This document shows positions 1 through 10,626 of a DNA stretch of 64,000 nt, piece after piece. Made by a program: the position numbers and the translations under genes. The notes under the pieces are model-generated. The model was not told the DNA's origin. It did not search any database and worked only from the letters and a program-made list of their open reading frames with translations. Origin of the DNA: Eledone cirrhosa. Lineage: Eukaryota. Positions within the stretch are counted from its first letter, which is position 1, and each line of letters starts with the position of its first letter. Location: assembly GCA_964016885.1 (NCBI GenBank), contig OZ024756.1:36580001-36644000 (forward strand), written 5' to 3'.

Positions 1-189
1 TCTGTGTTTTAGTGTGTTATGTGAAACTACTTAATGGAGTAATAAATAATATAACTCAATTAAGAGCCACTTCCTAACATTGAATAAACACTCAGGATTT
101 TATGTACAAGTACTACACCCAAATACCAAACAATCGTAAAAGCTTAAAATGTTTTATTTTAAATATTTTCACTAGAATTTCTTCCAGAC

Positions 190-439
190 ATGTCCCTCAA
201 CTCTAGAAAAGATGTTCCAGATACCAAAGATGTTGAAAATTGCCAAAAACAACCAGTGATACCAGATGGAGGTTGGGGGTGGGTCGTATGTTTTGCTGCA
301 GCCTCTGTTTGTTTCACAGTAAATGAATTGACAGGTTCTTCTGGAATCTTCCTTCTTGGACTCAGAAAAATCTTTGATGAGCCAGTATCAAAGTTGTCTT
401 GGATCGGAGCTTTGCTAAATGGACTCAGTATGCTTGCAG
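190..439 (+). CDS. SLC16/MCT-family transporter paralog A, coding exon 1
   Basis: PDGGWGW TM1 signature; acceptor ttccag ends 187; donor GCAG|gtaaat, phase 1. Confidence 0.93.
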
Positions 440-706
440 GTAAATCAAATACATTTTCTAATCCGACCTTTCTAATCCGATGCTTTCAAAACAGTATCTC
501 AGCAATTGAGGTTCCTTCAATTTTATGAAAATATATTTTTGTTTTATCTATTGCTACCACGAAATATCTCTTTATTCAATGTTCACCGCAATATTTCTGG
601 TCCGCATGGTGAAAATGTTATTGTCTTGACAGTGTACAAAATCAATAAGATCGAACCTAGAAATCTTAAGCTGCATTGATTATTCTTTATCACATTATAT
701 CTTCAG

Positions 707-850
707 CTCCAGTTGCCAGTATTTTGTTGGCTTACTTTAGTCATAGGACAGTGTTGATATTATCAGGACTTATTGGATTCACAGGAGCCATTTTGGGAGT
801 ATTTTCTACCGGTAGTGATATGATGATAGCTACATATGGGGTTATTACAG
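707..850 (+). CDS. MCT paralog A exon 2
   Basis: cttcag|CTCCA..ACAG|gtaaga; APVASILLAYFSHR..TYGVIT; phase 1-1. Confidence 0.92.
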
Positions 851-1916
851 GTAAGATATCGTTCAAACTTACGGAAAATACACTACATTTATCATTTAAT
901 ATCATAACATATTTAACATTACCTTATGTGATATATATATATGTAATATCATTACATATCTAACGTACGACATTTAATATTATGACAGATATACTACAGT
1001 TTATAACAGACGACAATAAATATTCTTAAATATCACAATGAATATTGTATGAGACATATTACAATATAATAACTATGATATAACGTGTTAAATATTACAT
1101 ATTACATTCATATTATAATAATATTATACAACACAACGTCAGTATCATAAATCCTTTACATTTTAACCATTTTTATATCTGTCTCCGGTAGTATTGTCAT
1201 TCACAGATTTCTTCAACATATTAGGTTGAACTTCGTATGAATCTAATTTTTATAGTTGATCCATCGTTCCTATCTTTTTTTTCTCTCATATTATACCGAG
1301 GACTTTATTACACAGTATATTCATTCATTGTATTGTTTGCTAGTCTGAAATTTGTATTACAATTACTTGTTATTTCTAGCAGGTCGAGAAACATCATAGA
1401 GGGTCCTTCGTTGCTACCTTCTCCAGATATTCCTAAACAGATACTCTACAGCTACATTAACACACTAGAAACCTCACTTTACAACATTAACAAAGAAATG
1501 GAACCGATCGTAAGGTGGAAGCAAGTAATCAATAAATCTGTTGGTCTTCAACTGCTGATACTACCTGTCGGTCTCAACTTGTGATGGAATGAGTCGGGAT
1601 TTAAACTCAAATCATGAAACTGGATCATATACCGTAAAGTATAGAAGTAGCAATTCTATCAATCAACTGCCTGGTGGTTGCTATTTATCAACCTCAAAAA
1701 TATAAAATTTACCTCACCTCGCCGAGGAGCGACGTCATATCATAGTGACACTGAATAAATGTTGAAATATTTAATCCGAAGCCCTAATGATTCTGCAAAT
1801 TCGGTTTCATACCATATCGGTTTACAGAGAATATCTTCTCTGCTTTCCCATGCATTCTATATTTTTTCTAGACACTTTCAAAATAACGTTTGTGAAATTT
1901 TCTCATGATTTTGCAG

Positions 1917-2189
1917 GTGTGTCGCTTGGAATGTCCTTCTTCACTGCGCCAATTATCGCAGGACAGTATTTTGACAAGAAACGTGCCTTAGCAATAGGAA
2001 TAGCTAATTGTGGTGGAGGAATGGGGACATTAGTAGGCAACATATTAGTTGAATATCTCATAGGATTTTACGGACTGAGAGGGACCTTACTCTTTATATC
2101 AGGAGGGCTTCTCAATATAGTTGTTTTTGGATCACTTTGTCGACCTCTGAAATATGTCTATAAAGAGGTAAAACATAAAGAAGATATAG
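1917..2189 (+). CDS. MCT paralog A exon 3
   Basis: ttgcag|GT..ATAG|gtaagt; YFDKKRALAIGIA motif typical of SLC16 TM4-5. Confidence 0.93.
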
Positions 2190-2481
2190 GTAAGTTTGTT
2201 ACAATATCAAATGATATTATTGTTGAACAATATTCCAGTTTCCTTGTCTGTTGATCTGTCATTCACTACATTACTTATACATATTCCTAATTATTTACAA
2301 TGTCAAACAATTTGATTGTTAAAAGAACCAGTTATTAATTTAAAAACCTAATACACACATTGTTTAATGTGTATACAAATGAGTATATATGTATAATGGT
2401 GTGAATTGTTTTGTTTAAAATGGGAGTAGAAAGACAAATAGTAAGATTCTTAATAAAAGTTGTGAACGTTTCTACTTTCAG

Positions 2482-2606
2482 CTTTACCAGACGACACAAT
2501 CGAAACCTCTGTGACAAACGATGTAAAATCAGACGACACAGAAAACAATAAACAAAAAGGAATAGTAAACGAGACGTTTGTTATGTCAGAAGATAGACAT
2601 AATACG
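2482..2606 (+). CDS. MCT paralog A exon 4 (central cytoplasmic loop)
   Basis: actttcag|CTTTA..AATACG|gtgaga; supplies the required phase 1 to 0 change; conserved in B and C; absent from the ORF track. Confidence 0.85.
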
Positions 2607-2828
2607 GTGAGATTTGATTATTTATAGTGCTAACTATATTACTATCAGACGTTTGTTATGTCAGAAGATAGACATAATACGGTGAGATTTGATTATTTAT
2701 AGTACTAACTATATTACTATCAGACGTTTGTTATGTCAGAAGATAGACATAATACGGTGAGATTTGATTATTTATAGTACTAACTATATTACTATCAGAC
2801 GTTTGTTATGTCAGAAGATAGACATAAT
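2574..2828 (+). repeat. 75-bp minisatellite spanning the exon 4 donor of A (about 3.4 units)
   Basis: Unit = 33 nt exon end + 42 nt intron start; last unit interrupted by a SINE. Confidence 0.95.
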
Positions 2829-3508
2829 TGTTTCTCCTTTTGGCACAAGGCCAGCAATTACCCAGTGTATTACTGGTACTTTATTTTATCGACCCCGTAA
2901 GGATGAAAGGCAAAGTTAACCTAGCTTATATTAATAATTGTTTCTATTTTTGGCACAAGGCCAGAAATTATCCCAGTGTATTACTGGTACTTTATTTTAT
3001 CGACCCCAAAAGGATGAAAGGCAAAATAATATCTGTTAAATAAAGATGTTAAATTATTTAAAAATCTTCCACAGTATGATTCTCTTTCTGTATTAACCAA
3101 GATACCCAGCAAGAACTAAACTTCAATGTCAAAGTACAATGTCATTTAAGACACACAACAGCAACTAACATGTTATATCTATCTAAAGGAAATTTGATTC
3201 AAGTTTATGTACAATGTCTCTGCGTGTCTTATCTAGAATTACACAACTAAACAATGAGATATGAACCCAGGAATTGAGAACATTTTGTCTGATAATATTG
3301 TCAATGTATTCATTTTTGTTTTGAGTTATCAATAAAGATCTGGGAGTTAATACAGGACTTTAATTAGAATATCTTCTCATATCTAGACTCTTCAATATTG
3401 ACAAGGGAAGTAATACATTACCTTAATTAGGATGTGTCTCAGATTTAGAGTCTTTAATATTGACAAGGAAGGTTACAGGACCTTAAGTAGGATATGTCCT
3501 CATACCCA

Positions 3509-6500
3509 GAGTCTTCAATATTGACAAGGGAAGTAATACAGTGCCTTAAGTACGATACATTGTTATGCTTTGAGTCTTCAATATTGACAAGGGAAGTAAT
3601 ACAATGCCTTAAGTACGATACATTGTTATGCTTTGAGTCTTCAATATTGACAAGGGAATTAATACAATGCCTTAAGTACGATACATTGTTATGCTTTGAG
3701 CCTTCAATATTGACAAGGGAGGTAATACAGTGCCTTAAGTACGATACATTGTTATGCTTTGAGTCTTCAATATTGACAAGGGAAGTAATACAATGCCTTA
3801 AGTACGATACATTGTTATGCTTTGGGTCTTCAATATTGACAAGGGAGGTAATACAATGCCTTAAGTACGATACATTGTTATGCTTTGAGTCTTCAATATT
3901 GACAAGGGAGGTAATACAATGCCTTAAGTACGATACATTGTTATGCTTTGAGCCTTCAATATTGACAAGGGAGGTAATACAGTGCCTTAAGTACGATACA
4001 TTGTTATGCTTTGAGTCTTCAATATTGACAAGGGAAGTAATACAATGGCTTAAGTACGATACATTGTTATGCTTTGAGTCTTCAATATTGACAAGGGAAG
4101 TAATACAATGCCTTAAGTACGATACATTGTTATGCTTTGAGCCTTCAATATTGACAAGGGAAGTAATACAGTGCCTTAAGTACGATACATTGTTATGCTT
4201 TGAGTCTTCAATATTGACAAGGGAAGTAATACAGTGTCTTAAGTACGATACATTGTTATGCTTTGAGTCTTCAATATTGACAAGGGAAGTAATACAATGC
4301 CTTAAGTACGATACATTGTTATGCTTTGAGCCTTCAATATTGACAAGGGAAGTAATACAATGCCTTAAGTACGATACATTGTTATGCTTTGAGTCTTCAG
4401 TATTGACAAGGGAAGTAATACAGTGCCTTAAGTACGATACATTGTTATGCTTTGAGTCTTCAATATTGACAAGGGAAGTAATACAGTGTCTTAAGTACGA
4501 TACATTGTTATGCTTTGAGTCTTCAATATTGACAAGGGAGGTAATACAATGCCTTAAGTACGATACATTGTTATGCTTTGAGCCTTCAATATTGACAAGG
4601 GAGGTAATACAATGCCTTAAGTACGATACATTGTTATGCTTTGAGTCTTCAATATTGACAAGGGAGGTAATACAGTACCTTAAGTACGATACATTGTTAT
4701 GCTTTGAGTCTTCAATATTGACAAGGGAGGTAATACAGTACCTTAAGTACGATACATTGTTATGCTTTGAGTCTTCAATATTGACAAGGGAGGTAATACA
4801 ATGCCTTAAGTACGATACATTGTTATGCTTTGAGTCTTCAATATTGACAAGGGAGGTAATACAATGCCTTAAGTACGATACATTGTTATGCTTTGAGCCT
4901 TCAATATTGACAAGGGAGGTATTACAATGCCTTAAGTACGATACATTGTTATGCTTTGAGTCTTCAATATTGACAAGGGAGGTAATACAATGCCTTAAGT
5001 ACGATACATTGTTATGCTTTGAGTCTTCAATATTGACAAGGGAGGTAATACAATGCCTTAAGTACGATACATTGTTATGCTTTGAGTCTTCAATATTGAC
5101 AAGGGAGGTAATACAATGCCTTAAGTACGATACATTGTTATGCTTTGAGTCTTCAATATTGACAAGGGAGGTAATACAATGCCTTAAGTACGATACATTG
5201 TTATGCTTTGAGTCTTCAATATTGACAAGGGAGGTAATAAAGTGCCTTAAGTACGATACATTGTTATGCTTTGAGTCTTCAATATTGACAAGGGAGGTAA
5301 TACAATGCCTTAAGTACGATACATTGTTATGCTTTGAGTCTTCAATATTGACAAGGGAGGTAATACAATGCCTTAAGTACGATACATTGTTATGCTTTGA
5401 GTCTTCAATATTGACAAGGGAGGTAATACAATGCCTTAAGTACGATACATTGTTATGCTTTGAGTCTTCAATATTGACAAGGGAAGTAATACAGTGCCTT
5501 AAGTCCGATACATTGTTATGCTTTGAGTCTTCACTATTGACAAGGGAGGTAATACAATGCCTTAAGTACGATACATTGTTATTCTTTGAGTCTTCAATAT
5601 TGACAAGGGAGGTAATACAGTGCCTTAAGTACGATACATTGTTATGCTTTGAGTCTTCAATATTGACAAGGGAGGTAATACAATGCCTTAAGTACGATAC
5701 ATTGTTATGCTTTGAGTCTTCAATATTGACAAGCGAGGTAATACAATGCCTTAAGTACGATACATTGTTATGCTTTGAGTTTTCAATATTGACAAGGGAG
5801 GTAATACAGTGCCTTAAGTACGATACATTGTTATGCTTTGAGTCTTCAATATTGACAAGGGAAGTAATACAGTGCCTTAAGTACGATACATTGTTATGCC
5901 TTGAGTCTTCAATATTGACAAGGGAGGTAATACAATGCCTTAAGTACGATACATTGTTATGCTTTGAGTCTTCAATATTGACAAGGGAGGTAATACAGTG
6001 CCTTAAGTACGATATATTGTTATGCTTTGAGTCTTCAATATTGACAAGGGAGGTAATACAGTGCCTTAAGTACGATACATTGTTATGCTTTGAGTCTTCA
6101 ATATTGACAAGGGAGGTAATACAGTGCCTTAAGTACGATACATTGTTATGCTTTGAGTCTTCAATATTGACAAGGGAGGTAATACAGTGCCTTAAGTACG
6201 ATACATTGTTATGCTTTGAGTCTTCAATATTGACAAGGGAGGTAATACAGTGCCTTAAGTACGATACATTGTTATGCTTTGAGTCTTCAATATTGACAAG
6301 GGAGGTAATACAGTGCCTTAAGTACGATACATTGTTATGCTTTGAGTCTTCAATATTGACAAGGGAGGTAATACAATGTCTTAAGTACGATACATTGTTA
6401 TACTTTGAGTCTTCAATATTGACAAGGGAAGTAATACAGTGCCTTAAGTACGATACATTGTTATGCTTTGAGTCTTCAATATTGACAAGGGAAGTAATAC

Positions 6501-6565
6501 AGTGCCTTAAGTACGATACATTGTTATGCTTTGAGTCTTCAATATTGACAAGGGAGGTAATACAG
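3509..6565. repeat. 63-bp minisatellite, 48 full units plus a partial one, in intron 4 of A
   Basis: gagtcttcaatattgacaaggg starts at 3509 and 6533 (48x63, no net indel); degenerate units upstream and in B (about 33430-33620) and C (about 51860-52010). Confidence 0.97.
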
Positions 6566-6689
6566 GGTCCTAACATTGTCAACGTTCCTATATTACAATA
6601 ATAATCTATAAGAAAAACTTATAAAACTCCCAATATATGAAAGAATAAATAATTAAACATTAATCTACGGTATTTTCTATTAATTTTAG

Positions 6690-6858
6690 GGCAGACTTTC
6701 CGCAACAGATAATAGAGATGTCAAAGACGAATATATTATAGAGAACGAGAAAGTCAACAGAAGTTCAGTTATAAAACGCTGTTCAAATATAATTGGTCTT
6801 GAGCTTTTTAGAAACACAAACTTTGTATTATTGCTGATGTCCTACACGGTGTGGGTGT
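6690..6858 (+). CDS. MCT paralog A exon 5 (loop end and TM7 start)
   Basis: ttttag|GGCAGA..GTGT|gtgagt; IGLELFRNTNFVLLLMSY; present in all four paralogs. Confidence 0.88.
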
Positions 6859-6865
6859 GTGAGTG

Positions 6866-6926
<61 letters not shown>

Positions 6927-7173
6927 TTTCTTTATTAACCACAAGGGTTTACATAAAGTAGACATTAAGGACAGTGCAGGACAATGCAGGACGGTACAAA
7001 TGGGCATTTCTGCGTGTAAAAAACAAAAACAGAGGATGTAACAAAAATAACAATGAAACATTCCCCAATAGGGGGGAGACTTCGGAGGGACATTTGTGGA
7101 GAAAGCCCAGTAAAAAGCCACAATGACCCTGACCACCAAGGCAAGTGCCCTCTCCCAGTTTTCCACCTTTAAT

Positions 7174-10100
7174 TTACAGATATATGCTCAGAGTAGGCCC
7201 ATTCACTCGGGCCATTCTTGCTTCTCTCACCCATCTTTCAACAAAATGCTGGGAAGAGAGCACTTCCCTCTCTACTCTGATTTTCCTTTTCAAATGAAAT
7301 TTGAAAAAGTCAATCAGAGCATCACCGAAGAGGTAAGTGCTCGTCTTCAGCCCTTTCAAACGTGTCCACCATACTATCTCTTTCGCCATGGCCACCAGGC
7401 AGATAAAAACTGCCTGCCCTTCCCGGCTAAAGGAGGAGGGCGGGGCAATCCTCACGATGGACTCAGATGATAGCCGGATCCGTCCTAAACGCGACAGCAG
7501 GTGTTCGACGTAAACCCACAAGTCAGCAATTTTCGGACACTGGACGAGTGCGTGCAGGACGGTTTCGTCGCCCTGCGCGCATCTCGGACATGCCCGGCTG
7601 ACGGCACCTCCATGCCTGTAGAGTTTATCCCGAACTGGCAAGGCTCCTCGGTAGCACTGCCAGGCCAGAGATTTCTGGAAGTTGTCCATAGGTCCTGGCC
7701 CGAAAGTTCTTCCGAAGAGATTGGCTAGTTGATTTTCGTCGACGCCTAGAGTTTCCCCAAGTACGTCGTCGCTCTTCCCCTCCACTAATCCTCTATAGAA
7801 CGCCGAGGTGGAGTTTCCACCGATCACATTGCCCGATTGGTCGAGGGCTGTGAGCGCCTGAAGACATTCCAGTCTCCAGGCGCTCCCTCTCGGTCTTCGC
7901 TTGACCCAGGACTGCAGCTCCGTCAAGGAAACGAGCTGGGGAAACACGCGTCTAGCAAACGGCGACCACACCTGATCACCGTCGAGGAAGAGGTGGAGAT
8001 GTCGTAGCCTGAGCGCGTGCCTGCGCATCATCAGCCACGGCATGCCCAGCCCTCCACGTAGCGGGTGTTGACAACAGATGGACCGCCTGACCATCGGAGC
8101 GCGTCCCTTCCACAAAAAGCGAAAGAGCAAACGCTCCAGCACAGTCAGGCGAGGCTTAGGACAAGGTACGACGGTCAGGCGGTAGCAGATGACGGACGCG
8201 ATGTACGCGTTAGCCACCTCCGCTCGACCTTTCAGGGATAGCTTCCTCTCGGCCCATTTCTGGGTGAGAGAAGCCACCCTGCTCGTCACCTCGTCCCAGT
8301 TTTTGTCCGTCTGGAGGTCCGGACCGAACCAGACCCCTAGCAATTTAACCGGTCCGTCCGTCCAGCGTCCGACGACGCTGTTGGACGGCATGGACCTGCC
8401 TCTCCAGGTGCCGAGCTGCAGGCCCACTGACTTTTCCTGGTTGATCATTGCTCCTGTCACCGCTTCGTATTCTCTTAGTGTAGTGCCGATCGCCTCGATG
8501 TGTTTGGCGTTCGACACCACTACGGTGACATCGTCCGCATATGCTGATACGGATCTTCCGCATCCTAGTTCGCGCGGGACCCCCCTCAACGTCTCCAGTT
8601 TGTGCAGTAATGGCTCGAGAGTCAATACGTACAAGAGGGACGAGAGGGGACATCCTTGGCGGACCGAGCGCATGATGTTGAACGGTTCCGACAGGTGACC
8701 GTTCACTCTCACCACAGAGCAGATGTCGCTGTGCATGGCAGCGATCCAGCCTCTGAAGACGGGCCCAAAGCCAGCCGCCCTCAGGACTGCCGCTAGGTAA
8801 CGATGGTCGACCCTATCGAAAGCTTTCGACTGATCTAAATTGATCAAGGACCCACCCGTGCCAGGTTCCCTAGCTACCCTCTCTACGATGTATCGCATGA
8901 GGTGGAGGTTGTCGTGGATGGATCTGTCGGGAATGGCGCATGTCTGCGCCTCTCCCACCAGACCACCAACGACAAGCGCCAACCTCTTTGCTAGCACCTT
9001 GGCCAAAATCTTAAACTCTGTGTTTAGCAGAGTTATGGGCCGGAAATTGTCTGTTATCCCCCTTGTTCGGATCCTTTCTCAGCAGTGCCACCGCTCCTCG
9101 GCTCACAGAACTGGGAATTCTCCCGTTCTGTTGCCAGTTGCAGTAGACGTCCGCCAAGAGGCCTCCGAACAAGTCTGGCATCTGTACGTAAAGTTCATAG
9201 GGCAGACCATCCAAACCAGGCGATTTACCCCTTGTGCAGCCAGTCATTGCCTCCCTTACTTCAGCGGCTGTTATCGGCTTTTCGCAACACTTCGCCTCAG
9301 TGGCCGAGAGCCGCGGCAGTCCGTCGAGGTAGACACTAAAGTCCATCCCTCTACCCGGCCCACCGTTGCCCCCGAACAGCTGAGCGAAGTGTCGCTGAAA
9401 AGCTTCACACATTTTCCCGGGATCGAGTAGCATGCGCCCGTCGTGGTCCACCAAAGACCGGATCGTGGCTTTGTTGCCACGACGCGCCTCCGCCACTCGG
9501 GCCCATTGAACGGCTTTCGTCCCCTCGTGTCTGAGAGCACGCACCCTTGCTCTGACAACGCAGCCTTCGTGCTTTGCATTGAAGAATTGGTCAAGGGCCA
9601 ATTTCGCCGCAAGCACGTCGGTCGCAATGCCTTTGCTAAGCGCCTCGTCTAATTTTCTAACTAGTTCTCCCTCTGCTCTATTTTTCTCTATTGCTAAAGC
9701 CTTACTAAACCTAATCGATTCTATTCTAATCGCTCTTTTCAGAGCAAACCACCACTTGTTGTTGACGATGGCCCCCGTCAATGCCCGCTTAACTAGTTCG
9801 CTAATCCGGTCTCTGTAGGCCTTGCGCGCTGGTAAGGACGCGTTTAGCTTCCAGTAGCCGGGTCCTCGTCTATGAAGCCTATCTAAATCAAGCACACAGA
9901 TCACGAATTTGTGGTCCGTGTAGCTGACTATCTTGAATTGTGGACAGCCTATGCTAGACCTATCTATTTCCCTACAAAATACTCTATCTAGATATGATCT
10001 GGATGACCCTATGCGGTTTGTCCAAGTCCACATTGGCACATTCGGGAAATCCAATCGGTACCTGTCAGACAGTTCAAAACGCCTGAGCAGGTTGGTGAGG

Positions 10101-10591
10101 CTCTTGCACCCTTCACCCCTATCCGCTAATCCCACACAGTCCCAGCGTGCATCTAAGATCCCGTTCCAGTCGCCCACTAACACTAAAGAGCGGGACGTTC
10201 CAAGAAAGGTCTCCAGACGCCGGAAGAAATCAGGCCGCCCTGCTCCTGTCGGGGCATAGACGGCCACTAGCCTGAAAGCTTGCCCGTCTCCGCTGGTCAC
10301 GTCCAGCACCACCAGCTTACCCTCTGGGTCCAGGAAGATGGCCCGTATGGCGAGATCCAAACTTCTCCGAAAAAGCACAGCAACTCCTCCACCCGATCCA
10401 GGACGGCTGGGAGATGCGTACACATCGTAGCCGCCGAAGATCGGTGCGAAGGCCCGTGCTTCGGAGATTCTGGTCTCGCTGATGGCCACTACATCTATGT
10501 TTAGTGACCTGAGGTCGTTGAGCAGGTGACCCTGCTTCCATGACGACCCCAAGCCACGCGCATTTATGCTGCCTATTCTGAGTGAGGTCAT
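7174..10591 (-). pseudogene. LINE ORF2 (AP endonuclease, reverse transcriptase, zinc-binding domain) with one frameshift near 9053
   Basis: SINARGL, VGDWN, YLDRVF, YTDH; LDQSKAFDRV, VRQGCPLS, AYADD; CPRC..H..C. 2-nt deletion relative to the copy at 30925; repaired length about 1139 aa. Confidence 0.9.
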
Positions 10592-10626
10592 GTTTAAAAT
10601 AGAGTGGAAAAGATGGGAAAGACCAC

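Noticed and set aside
3075-3310. Conserved intron-4 block after ttccacag as an extra exon
   Set aside because: Immediate stop in phase 1 in both A and B, indels between paralogs, and exon phases close without it
3454-6601. Two ORFs over 1000 aa as stand-alone genes, or a CRISPR-like array
   Set aside because: They arise from a 63-bp (3n) intronic tandem repeat; no unique spacers, and not expanded in the paralogs
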